A stretch of 64,000 bases of DNA. Source: Asterias rubens. Its lineage: Eukaryota. The translations under genes and the position numbers were made by a program. Location of the stretch: NCBI RefSeq assembly GCF_902459465.1, contig NC_047080.1:11966001-12030000 (forward strand), written 5' to 3'. Below, piece by piece: positions 13,101 through 23,920 of this stretch. A model generated the notes under the pieces. That model was given only the letters and a program-made list of their open reading frames with translations, searched no databases and had not been told where the DNA came from. Positions within the stretch are counted from its first letter, which is position 1. Every line of letters starts with the position of its first letter.

Positions 13101-14129
13101 TAAGAAATGTTCTGAATTTTGTTAAAGGTGTGTTCTCTTTTACAATTTGTTCGGTTGTTTGTATATAAATGATCTTTCCCTCAAGGGAACTCGGCGAACT
13201 CCAACAGCAGGATATAAACACCAAGCTGGCAACAGACAATCTCTCTCATACAAACATTGGTTTAACATCTATGATTACAATTGCACAAATCAAGAAATTG
13301 TGGTTCTAATCACTGTTAAATCAGTTTTTAATTTGGTAGGATTCGAACCAACCACCTTGTGATTGCAAGTCCTGCAGTCTAAGCACTGGACCATTGATAT
13401 CAAAGAAGTTAATTCTTTTAACTAAAAGTCAGTATTGAGACAGTTTTAGACTTAACTATACTAATATCATTTTGGCAAAAAAAAACCCACTAATTTTCTT
13501 ATCCCCAATGCAAAATTCTATTAATTTGATATCAGAAACATGGTAATTTTGTTCTAATAAAAAATAATTATCTGTTCTGTTGCAAACTCCTTTACCAGCA
13601 AAAATGATTGGTATGAATGCAAGCAAATAGTTAATGGCCTGGCATTTTGAACCTAGCAGACTCATTCTTGGAGGCTTATTTTGTTTTTTCTGCAATTTTT
13701 TTTCCAGAGAGAAAGAAGAAGATGAGGCTCTTGAGAGAGCGAGAATGGCTCAGAAGGAAGATCAAAGTAAACAAAATTCACAGAAGGAGAGAGAACGATT
13801 ACGAGAACAAGAACGAAGAAAACGAGAGGCGGTAAGTCGAGTCTTTGAAACAATTTGTAAGATTGTCTTTTGTCTTATCTATTTTAAAATTCTTTGCTTG
13901 AATCTTGGCTAACAGAAAGTTCGCTGGCAGTGTTAAGCCTGGTTCATACTTCCTGTGAATCACGGCTCTGTTTTCACTGCAAATGTTTTTGCAAAATGTT
14001 CATTACCAGATCACTCAACTCCATTTTGACTAAATCTTTTTAATATTGTTGTCAATTGTGCAGATGGCCGGTGCAATCGACATGAATCAGCAGAGTGACA
14101 TCATGGCACAGTTTGAAGAAATGCTTTGA
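439..14129 (+). CDS. BRD4: BET-family bromodomain protein (BRD4-like long isoform), 5'-partial
   Basis: Exons read by eye: 439-618 ([14 protein letters not shown], end of BD2), 1466-1785 (LKSVHEQL, Lys-rich), 2360-2475 and 2881-3051 (ET domain [63 protein letters not shown]), 3930-4058, 4651-4788 (SEED tract), 8662-8744, 9591-9726, 9978/9981-10457, 11027-11620, 11974-12215 ([11 protein letters not shown]...[14 protein letters not shown]), 12870-12961, 13708-13831, 14064-14129 ([22 protein letters not shown]-TEFb-binding C-terminal motif). All GT-AG with consistent phases. Invertebrates usually have one BET gene, so the symbol means BRD2/3/4/T ortholog. Confidence 0.96.
805..1010 (-). mobile_element. 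Degraded tRNA-derived SINE (Deu/Nin-domain-like)
   Basis: B-box-like GGTTCGAATG on the minus strand; body resembles the recalled metazoan SINE central domain (ATTTCTA..CCCCCTGGATG, GGTGGAGAGA). Confidence 0.45.
1823..2225. mobile_element. GGGCCC-ended MITE (host of a nested insertion)
   Basis: Starts GGGCCCAATTTCATAGAGCTGC and ends CCTATGAAAATTCCGGCC; same family recurs at 4890-5153, 15732-15915, 16520-16711, 33556-33802. Confidence 0.7.
1849..2061. mobile_element. TTAA-flanked MITE (Kolobok/T2-like) nested in the GGGCCC MITE
   Basis: Perfect 21-bp TIR AGGGAAGGTACACGTTTGGTA with TTAA on both sides (1845-1848, 2062-2065). Confidence 0.85.
4890..5153. mobile_element. GGGCCC-family MITE, degraded
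   Basis: AATTTCAAAGAGCTG ... CAGCTCTATGAAATTTGGCCC ends. Confidence 0.6.
7100..7137. repeat. Poly(T) run, about 38 nt
   Basis: Uninterrupted T homopolymer. Confidence 0.95.
7483..7488 (+). terminator. Candidate intronic polyadenylation signal for the BET short isoform
   Basis: AATAAA followed by an A-rich stretch and a downstream T-rich tract (about 7525-7555), inside the long-isoform intron 4789-8661. Confidence 0.5.
13338..13398 (-). mobile_element. tRNA-derived SINE head
   Basis: Minus strand TGGTCCAGTGCTTAG (A box) ... GGTTCGAATCC (B box); no complete acceptor stem. Related heads at about 665-750 and 11745-11800. Confidence 0.5.
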
Positions 14130-14363
14130 TGCCCCTCAACACTCATTATAGGTGCAGTATTTATAATATGAAGCATAATTTGGAAAAATTAACCCAGGTG
14201 CGGAATTTCTTAGGATGTTGTTGAAATCTCCTTGAGCCGTTAGCATTTGTTGAAAGAGGCGAGCAGTCATCCAAGAGAGAAAGGAATAGTTCACTTTGAG
14301 TCGAAACATTTACTTCGTAGGCAAAGAGTCTGTCTGTAAGTTTCCTGAATTGTAAACACCTGC

Positions 14364-14467
14364 GAGGTTCCTGGGGGAACTGAATTTAGTTTTGTGTGAA
14401 CTTGATTTATGGATGGAGGTTCCTAGGGGGAACTACGGGAGTTTTGTCTGAACTTGATTTAGGAATG
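14364..14467. repeat. Two-copy ~52-bp imperfect tandem repeat
   Basis: GAGGTTCCT(A)GGGGGAACT...GTTTTGT.TGAACTTGATTTA.G twice. Confidence 0.75.
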
Positions 14468-14599
14468 GAATATTTCTGATACAAACAAGATGGGAGTGGT
14501 GTGTGTTATGATTTATTATTGTTGTATTATTGAGAGATGTTCGAAACAACAAAATGAAGAAATCATCTGTAATGAATTTGTTGATAAGACCTTTTGAAT

Positions 14600-14822
14600 C
14601 TTGGAGAGATTTGTAACATTTTGGCATACTGGCCAAGGTTTAGAGGAAAGGAAACCAGTTGTTTGAGGAGAGCTTGGAGAGATTTGTAACATTTTGGCAT
14701 ACTGGCCAAGGTTTAGAGGAAAGGAAACCAGTTGTTTGAGGAGAGCTTGGAGAGATTTGTAACATTTTGGCATACTGGCCAAGGTTTAGAGGAAAGGAAA
14801 CCAGTTGTTTGAGGAGAGCTTG
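14600..14822. repeat. 73-bp tandem repeat, 3 identical copies, downstream of the BET stop codon
   Basis: Unit CTTGGAGAGATTTGTAACATTTTGGCATACTGGCCAAGG...GAGGAGAG starts at 14600, 14673 and 14746. Confidence 0.95.
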
Positions 14823-15731
14823 TTTTGATTAATGTATCATTTGCTGGGCCCCATTGGTCTCCTCCATGACCACTGGGATGATCTGATGCATGCTGGGACT
14901 GATTGCGCTACTGATCAGCGCAATGCGTACAACCACAATACGTACTTATTTGATATGCTACTGCTGGCCCTCTTCTTTTTAAACCAAACTTACAAGAAGA
15001 ATCAAACTATTTGGGTTCATTTTTAATGTTGTGTTCGAGCTAGCCCCATTTTTAGTCCAAGGCAAAGAATGACAACAAATAGTTTTAATGGATTCAAAAG
15101 TAAGTTCTAACGGATTTCTACAGTAGAGATGAATCTTTTGCAAGAAGGAAGAGGTGACCGGAGGTTATTTATAGGTCTGTGGGAATGGTCCATTGGCGTG
15201 CGAATACGTCGGCCCATTCCCAGCGCCTTTGGTTTAGGCATTGGGACCGAGCCAAAACATATCAGAGGTTTAAATCTAAAAGACTGATCTGTGTTGCCCC
15301 ATTCCAATCTTTATTCACCAACTTGTCACTGCCAATGAGCGACTTTAGACACTTAGTGGCAGCAGATACTGGCTTAATGGATCAGTTTATCAGAGATGTT
15401 GAGCGTTGTTTGTAAAATGTGAGAGATGTTTTTTTTTTGAGAGAGAGAGAATCTGGAGCACAACATAAAACTAATTGTACATTTTGTAAACCAACACTTT
15501 ATTAATGAATGTTATGTGAATGTCAAAGGTCGCCTTATTTATGTATAGACTGTCTGTTCCAGCTTTCTCTGAACTATTCAGCTGTTTGCTTCGTATCCAC
15601 CAATCAATTAAAGCATTTTCATACCATACCCCTCAGTTTATTATAGATCTGCTTGAGACTGTTGGGGCTCACTCCCAGTGATTACACAAACCTCAACTGA
15701 AGACAGGTGTCTCCTTTGTAGTTCATTTCAT

Positions 15732-15915
15732 CAGAGCCCAATTTCAAAGAGCTGCTCAAGCAGAAAATTTTGCTTAACAATTTCCTGCTCGGCAGAAATT
15801 AGCAGAATACCATTCACAAATTGTACATGTGACTTGGTATTTTGGCTGGTTACCTTAATCTGTGCTGTGCTAAGCTACTTTTTGTGCTTAAGCAGCTCTT
15901 TGGAATTGGGTTCTG
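15732..15915. mobile_element. GGGCCC-family MITE
   Basis: CAGAGCCCAATTTCAAAGAGCTGCT ... AGCAGCTCTTTGGAATTGGGTTCTG. Confidence 0.7.
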
Positions 15916-16519
15916 GTTTGCTTTTGTGTTGCCAAATAATGCATGCAGACATTGCAAGCATAGTAGTCCGACTTCCACAACGGGGCAAGCTGGGCAGGAG
16001 CAGGTGGCGGCTTAATAATTGAAAATTGTCTTTGTACTGTTTTATAGCGACCTTATAGAAACAAAAGTAGAATCTCTTGATATATGTCCTTTATGTGTTA
16101 CTGATTGTACAAGAGATTAATTTTAAGAACCATCTTGTCTCAGTCTCTGTAAAACCTTTCAAGATTTCCGAAACCGCAATCGCACAAAAATGTGCATACA
16201 AAACTCTCTCAAAAGTTTTATTTACAAAAATCTTTGGTAGCTTACTGTCACTCCTAATTTCTCGCGTATTTTTGTGTCCTGCTAAAATAAAATGGGTCAT
16301 GATGCATTTTATCTTTTGATGGCCTTATAACGTTCCAATTTAACACATTAAGGTATTATAATGTGTGACTTTCTTAAGCATCACCATACTTTATCCATAT
16401 TTGTAAGTATTAGGTATAAACATTAAAGATCTTGTGCTGATGTATTTACTGATAGTCTTTATCTGTCAGCTTCTAGAATCTGAAAGAAAGTTTGGTGAGC
16501 ACAGAAAACCTTACTAACC

Positions 16520-16711
16520 GGGGTCCAATTTCATACAGCTGCTAAAGCACAAAAATAGCTCAGCACAACCAAATTTTGTCTACCATAATAAGGTTACCAG
16601 CCAAACCACCATGTCGTATGTACAAATTAAGACAGGTATCCTGCTCATTTCTGCTGAGCAGAAAATTGTGGAACAATGTTTCTGCTCGGGCAGCTCTATA
16701 AAATTGAGCCC
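16520..16711. mobile_element. GGGCCC-family MITE
   Basis: GGGGTCCAATTTCATACAGCTGC ... GCAGCTCTATAAAATTGAGCCC. Confidence 0.7.
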
Positions 16712-19700
16712 AGTATTAGAGTATCGGTCAAAAATGCCATCAGGTGCAAGTTGTGTGTGACCGGTTCCCTGTTCACTCAGACTTAGCGAATAAATCTCAT
16801 TTAAAAGCAAAAATTTCCTCTGAAACTCACGTTTGATTTATGGAGGGATCAAGGCACATACAGTTTTTCTATGCATTTTAACGTGCTGTTACGAGTTTAG
16901 ACATCTATGACACAATATCATTAACACTGACTTATATCTACTCTGACATTAACTTATAGACAATTAGAAAAATATCTGCTATATTTGTATATAGTGCAGG
17001 TTGGGGATAAAGGCATTTGCATAATTTATAATAAAATTACGAGTAAGATAATGGATGTTGGTAGAAATATGATGTAATGATACAGTTCAAATCAGCCAAG
17101 TATTGGGTTTTTAATTTTTATTTTGTTCTTTTTGTCAGTGTGAAAATGTTGTTTTAGACAGGCAATATGTGTATAAATATAAATAAAAAAACTTTGATAA
17201 ATTACATAATTCAATATCAGATGTAATTAAATATTAGACACTTTCCTCTGACATAAACAATGAAACCGTAAATCGTTGCTTAGTATTTCTCTAATTATTG
17301 TGCATGTGACCAAAACTGTAGAATGTAGACGTAGTTTACCCTTTTTCCTTTCTCTTTTTTGTTTGTGGAGGACTGATCTTTGTAAAGTCTTTGCAGAGTA
17401 GTTGGGCTGTTAGAGTAGATCGTTTGTCACAACAAATGTATCGGAACTGCAAAATGTTTTAATATAACAAGCAGCAAAGTTACTTTGCTAAATGTGAGCA
17501 GATGTTTTCGAATAGCGATAGTGTACTTCTTAGACAAGAATCATAACTTCCTGTCTGCTTTATAAACAAGTAGAAACACAAATAAAATTATTTATAAACA
17601 AACAAACAAGAGTGAGAGTGTAGGTGCAAATTTAAACTTTTAGTTAATTTTTTTTTTTTTTTTTTAATAAGTTTTTTTTCTTCTATTTTTTCTATATTCT
17701 ATTCCATGAACCACATTGTATTTTGTGTCTCATTATGTCCAGTTCTGGGGAGCCAGAGTATAAAATAAGCAATTTTGAGTGTATGTTGGACACAATACTA
17801 CGACTCTGTTTGGGTCAATTGATCTACAGCAACCAGTGCACTTCTTTAGTGTCCACCATATCTCAAACAGGCTAATGGGGTTTTTGTGTTTACAATAGGG
17901 AAAAAACGTTTGTAAAGCACTGTCTTTGAAAAAGGCCTTTTTCTACTTCCGATTGGCCTTTTTGTCATTTTGCAAATGTATAATTTTAAACACTGTCCAG
18001 TTTTTTCAAAAATTGATGCTCTTGTTTTGGTTTTACTGACCTGACATTGTAAAATCTTTGTAAGAAACTTAGGGTCGGGATTAATCTGGTCCTTTACATG
18101 TATTAGTGCTATTATGTCCACAGTGAACAAGGGAACTAGACGTAGATGCTGGATATGGGTCAAATATTCTGGCCTGTTGGTCAGCAGTTATTCGAAGCAT
18201 TATGAATTTATTTTATTATTTTTGGACGAGTATACACATTATTATGATGTCCGATACTTTAAAAAGTAGTATTTATATTTTGTTATTAAATAATTTGTTA
18301 AGACATGACAATGATTTTTTTCTTCTTCAAGACATGTTGTCATGGTCATTCTTATGTGATGTTCACTGCATAAGCGAAATGTACTTGTACTGCACATTTA
18401 CTTTTCATGTAGGAAGTTTTAGTGTGTATTACTTGATCACACACACTAGATAATTTACAGGCAACCAGCTCCATGCAATCTAGGACCTTGGGCCGATTTT
18501 TAGACACTTCTCAGTAAATTTCCTGTCTATCAAATTAAGCAGGGAAGCTCTCTGAGTTCAGTCGTCACCCTTATAACCGTATAATACATGTATAAAGAAA
18601 AAAGAAACGACACAGAAACATTCTCACCGTAATACAAACTTCAGTTTATAAACTTAAAACATGGCGTATTTTGTTTGTCTTATGGTGACTTTCTATCAGT
18701 ACTGGAACCGGTGAATCAAACTTATTGGGGGGGGGGGGGGGGGTGGGGGGGGGGGGTTAGGTTGCACTTTTACACCAGGCTTCTCTTTCACTTAAAATCT
18801 GCAGTGGCATGTTACATTTATTGAGCAATGATAGACAAATATGATCTGTAAGTTAAATTACTTTGATAACTTTCTTAAGGGTGTTAATATAAGTCCAGCC
18901 TCTCTGAGGAATTTGGAGAAGTATCAATGTTGAAAAGAAGAGGTTTGAGCCTTCTAGATATGGTCTGATTTAAGTAGTGGAGGTAGGTTATCGAGGGTGT
19001 TAATTTACTTAAAGAAAATTACTGATTCCAATATTTGTGTTAGGTGTCTTGACGAGTTCTTTTTAAAAATTTAATCTGTGTATGCAAATTGTTATGTTCT
19101 TTTTTTATTTATTTGTCATTTTATGAAGATTAACCCTAGAGAATGGAGGGCAAGTTGACAATAAAGTATTTTGTACATCAGTTATTGTTTCTTGGTGGTT
19201 CCTATTTGGTCCTGTCACTCAAACATCCCCTCTTTTTTAACAATTCACATTGGAGTTCTGTGGATTAATTCTTTAAATGACAACCTTCTAGAGTTCTTCA
19301 GAGGGGGTGCAAACTTTAAGGACTGATTTTCAAGTTAAAATGTCCAATAATCCCAAAGTTAAAAAAAACGAGTGGACACAATTTATTTTGATCGTCAATA
19401 CATGGATGAAACGTTGAACTGAGAGAGTAAACACAAGCATGCTGTATGAAGCTCAAATTGTGTTGGTCTGCCCCCACCTCAGAAGTGGATGCAGAATTTA
19501 CCACCATTGTCTTGGGTTCTGCCATGGGTTGCACAGACAAAAAAAATAGCAGAACGTCTTTGCTTAGGGTCGAAACGTCAGGCCATTAATTATTTTTTGC
19601 ATTTATATCATAGGTCCTTTTGGATGGTAAGTTGTTTGCAACAACAGCTATTCTATTTTCTCAAAAAAAGAAACACAAAAGAAATCGCAACTAGGGGCAA

Positions 19701-20564
19701 ACCTGTGGAGGAGAACTTCCAGTGAGCTATATTATTTGTAGGATATACTTCTTGTCTTGAGAACTCTGTCATTGGATACAGGGTGACTTGGTCATTGATT
19801 GCCTCCAACGAAATCGATTTTGCATACATAAAACTAATCGACTGGTGACTGTACATGTAGATAACTGTGCCAAATTTACGATAGCTGTTGCACATGTGGT
19901 GAAATGCTAAACCAAAATCATTTCTTGTTAAGCACATAACTTGAAGATCATAAATAAATTTGATGATCAGTATTTTTAAACAATTCCATTCCAATATAAT
20001 ATCGCATATTGGAACCTCATATTTCAAACACCTTCATTTCGAGAAGGATCTTTTATAAACAGACACGAAATGAAAACCAAACTACTACAGATTCAGTTTC
20101 ATAATTCTAATATTATATTTCATCTTCTCCAACTGAAAACTTAACTGGTGATGACATTTGTTTCTCACTACAATCTTATGCACACAGACTCTGAATAAAA
20201 ACTTTGAAGAAATCAAACCAGTTGGTGAACTTTGAATGTGGGATGTTTTATCACAGATCAAAATTACTTGGTCTTTCTGTTCAACACTTTTGTTCACAAT
20301 GGGTCAAAGAATGTTAAAACCACAGTGTCGAACAGCAGAAATGTCTATATAGCTACGAACTCGAGTCAATCTTTCTAAATTGAACGAAAATAAAGCGAAA
20401 ATTGCAAGCTGTGGTAAAATCAACATGTAAACATATGGATTAAGAATAGCTTTTCAGGTTTGTCAACCCGAAAGGCCAATAGTGTAAAATGTGACGCTAT
20501 AAATTAAATATCAACGAGGTGTCCAGAGTGTTCTTGAACCGGCCTTCCGTCCGATGAGCCCGTT

Positions 20565-21460
20565 TTACGGCATGGGGCGAGCGATGGAAAGTGGCATCTT
20601 CTTGGCCGAGGTGAAGCGACGTTTTCTCTGTTGGACATGAGAAGCGACTCCCTCAGACAGACGGAGCAGCAAAGCTTTATCACTTCCTTGTGGCATCTTC
20701 ACTCTCTTCTTAAGATGCGGTTTGAGGTTAGCCATCATCTCAATCATATCTTGCCCTCCTTCTGCCTGATCTTCCCCGTAATGCTCAACATGATTTTTGA
20801 TCCCACGATGTTCTTCTGTTGTTTCCTTGCGTTTCTCTGCTACGACCGAACTCATCCTAGCGGTCTTGGCAGCCGTCTTGAAGGAAGATTTGAGCTTCTT
20901 CAACTGGGTGTTTTTGACTTCTTCGGGTGCATTGGAGCCCTTGATCATTGCTACATCATGCATAAGGCGCTTCTTCATAATGGCCATGTGGGGGTTGGTT
21001 TTGTCATCTTGGACAGCCTGAATAAAATAAGGGGAGAACAAAACTGGTTTATCTGTCAAAAACGGATATTCAGTGATGGCTACTTTTGTGCGCGGTACAA
21101 AAACTTTCAATTGCACTTTTACCATTACCTTTCGAGTAATACCTTGTTGTTGACCGATACATTCGTTAAACGGTGGTGCTAATAAAATAACTATTTTCAA
21201 AATTTCTTGATAAACTAGTAATTAATGTTTAGTTACTGCTTGAGAACTCAGGTTTAATAACACTTGCTGGACTGCTTGACACAAAAGCTATTGCGAGCAT
21301 CGGTAGCTGCGCTCACTGTCATTTCCTTTTTGATGTTACAACAAACTTCGACCTATAAACAAATGATGTATTCAAAACTTACCCTGGCCCGTCTTGAATC
21401 TGCGGCACAAGAAATAGCCAGAATGGCCCCAAACACAACCAAGAAGAGAGCACAGCGCAT
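20565..21460 (-). CDS. Uncharacterised secreted prepropeptide (176 aa), candidate peptide-hormone/neuropeptide precursor
   Basis: Exon 1 is 21460-21383 (MRCALFLVVFGAILAISCAADSRRAR, donor AGG|GTAAGT). Exon 2 is 21017-20565 (polypyrimidine tract + CAG|GCT, phase 0, open to TAA). Hydrophobic signal peptide, RRAR, KKR, KRK, KKR and RKRR sites, and the exons are GC-richer than their flanks. Confidence 0.8.
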
Positions 21461-21841
21461 CTTGATTTCTGAAGAATCTTCGAAGAAACTGTAACTCCAG
21501 ACTATCTCCACTAGACTAACTCTTGTAAATGTTTTTAAGATGCGCAATGAGTTGCAAGCTTACACTTATCCGCAGAAGAAAAAGAAATTGATTTTCTTTG
21601 GTGGTTCTTGGTGCTTCTTATTGATTAAGATCGATGGATCGCGAAGGACGAATTCTCATCGTCATGACTTCGTCAAGTTGTTGGGGAGACAGTTACGTAA
21701 CATTATGAAAAGAATTCAATAGATTGGGAGTGCTTTTAACTAAAAGGGTTACATGGTTTTCAGTGTGCTAGTTTTGTTTCAGTCACGCACAGAAGTGATA
21801 TAAAATTATAGAACTGAATATTCAGTTATTAATCAGACCTT

Positions 21842-21890
21842 ATTTGCATACAGGTGTGGTGTAAGTTTGACAGGAAACTGCCCCGCCCCT
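21842..21890 (-). promoter_or_regulatory. Motif cluster upstream of the prepropeptide gene (octamer, E-box, ETS-like, GC box)
   Basis: ATTTGCAT 21842-21849, CAGGTG 21851-21856, CAGGAAAC 21871-21878 and CCCCGCCCC 21881-21889, all within 50 bp and about 400 bp upstream of the ATG. Confidence 0.35.
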
Positions 21891-23584
21891 TTCTTCCCTC
21901 ACTGTTTGTAAATATTTTGTATTAACTAATTATTGTTGTTAACAACATGTTATTATACCAATTTGGCCGAATCCATTCAAGAATATGCTGAGCTAGTTTG
22001 CATTTTTCCTTGTTTTTGAATATAAAGAAACGAATTTTTGAAAATTGCATGCCTGTGTTTTTACCGAGGAAGTATTTGATTCGAGATCCTGTTAAGATAC
22101 AGCATTTCAAGATGCTGCCACAGTGTCTGGCGACCAGACTCAATATAATTAACATTGTGAATTAAGAGTACGGGTACCAATCTATAATTAGCACACTTCG
22201 GGATAAGAAAGCTACGGTCGGTCGTCTGCTCGTTGAAAAAGTGATCCGAGTTTTTGCGCCAAATCTCTTCTGTTAGAGCTGCCAAACTTGACCACTATGC
22301 ACTACACGAACCAAAAGTAAGTACAGCCTTGAAATTATATTTGTAACTTAACAAGACTTCGTAAATTTTCTTACTAGAAGAAAAATTAGGCTGGAGTGGT
22401 GCCACGCAAATGATCAGCTGGTGTCCCCAGCCCAGCAATAGCAGTGGTACGTTTTGTGCATTCCTCCATGCTGTCATGATGTTTTGACGGGCATCCTTCC
22501 CCTTACAAGACAAGATGAAAGTTTGATTGAAATCACATAATTTTATGCAAAGGGTCACAAATCGTAACGGCAAACGTCGGATATGTATTTGACTCCAAAC
22601 ACCAAAGTGTATTTCATTGTTGTAGTTTTTGTTATAAACAAGTACATGATGCCGAATAAGATGTTCAGCCCGGTTTTTTTTATTTAAAAAATAGTCTATA
22701 AATCTTGTTAAACTATAGTTTCACACAGTAAGATATGTACAACCTCAGTCAAGATAATAATAAGACATTAAGTATATTTGGTTAGGGCACAAATTGGCCA
22801 TATATTTCATAACCTTGAAATCTTTTTCTGCAACAGTAGTGAATAACCTAGACAAATTTATGATGTTGTTGAGTGCAAAGTAAAAATTGCAAGGGCTGTG
22901 CGAAGTAAACCACCTGCAGCTTGCGCATAGAGCAGGCCTGGAATTACACAGCATTGGCCTTCGTGCCCCTGCAAAAGTTTCCCGTAGACTTTAAGATTTT
23001 CCAATAAAAGTGCCCTCTGCCGAATGAAAATGGCCTTGCCTCTTCAAAGATGAAATTCCAGGCCTAGGGCAAGTCTGAAATTGGTTAGACTTTGATCTAA
23101 ACAGAGTTAAGACTGTCATCTTTTGTTTATACTTTGAGTGAACCTTGAATAACAGAGTACATTGTAAAGGTCCGGTAACACAGGCCCTGATAAAGAAAAC
23201 GAGAACGATAAAAATGCACGCCCTCGATTGGTTGAATAAGCGTGGGGGCCAAGGGAAGAAAGGGTTCAAGGGCCTGAAGACTTTTACATATAATACGAAC
23301 CCAAGGTATAATGAACATAATTACGATTGTCATTCACTTATACAATACAAATTGAATACAGTGTGCATCAGCAAAACACTAAGGATACATCTAGTTATTA
23401 TATACAAATACAATCCTACAGTTTCATATGTTACATTTTTGAGTTTAGACTTGTTGAATAACATCAAAGTTTTTGACAAGTACCTGTGAAGGTTAGTAAT
23501 AAGTGCATAGTTAAAATCCTAGTTAACTAGTGAAACCCTTTACCTATCTGACACTACTGAGGTCATTCTCTACTGACCACTTAA

Positions 23585-23920
23585 AGGCAGTGGACACTAT
23601 TGGTAATTGTCAAAGACTAGCATTCACAGTTGGTGTATATCTTCATATGCATAAAATAACTAACCTGTGAAAATTTGAACTCAATCGGTCATCGAAGTTG
23701 CGAGATAATAATGAAAGAAAAAAAACTCTTGTCACACGAAGTTGTGTGCGTTTAGATGGTTGATTTCGAGACCTCAAGTTCTAAATCTGAGGTCTAGAAA
23801 TCAAATTCGTGGAAAATTACTTCTTTCTTGAAAACTATGGCACTCCAGAGAGAGCCGTTTCTCACAATGTTTTATACTATCAATATTATTTTGAGTAATT
23901 ACCAATAGTGTCCACTGTCT
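23585..23920. mobile_element. TTAA-flanked MITE (Kolobok/T2-like)
   Basis: 24-bp TIR AGGCAGTGGACACTATTGGTAATT / AATTACCAATAGTGTCCACTGTCT with TTAA on both sides; related to 1849-2061 and 43667-44017. Confidence 0.85.

Noticed and set aside
13338-13398. tRNA gene (Cys-like anticodon loop)
   Set aside because: A and B boxes are present but there is no full cloverleaf or acceptor stem; it is a dispersed SINE head.
20631-21182. 183-aa plus-strand hydrophobic ORF
   Set aside because: Antisense shadow of the prepropeptide exon; the splice signals and signal peptide support the minus strand.
20565-21200. 211-aa ORF as listed (MKIVILLAPP...)
   Set aside because: Its first ~61 codons lie in the intron upstream of a clear acceptor at 21017/21018.
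22061-22573. Short minus-strand ORFs upstream of the peptide gene
   Set aside because: No recognisable domain, splice context or coding-like composition.
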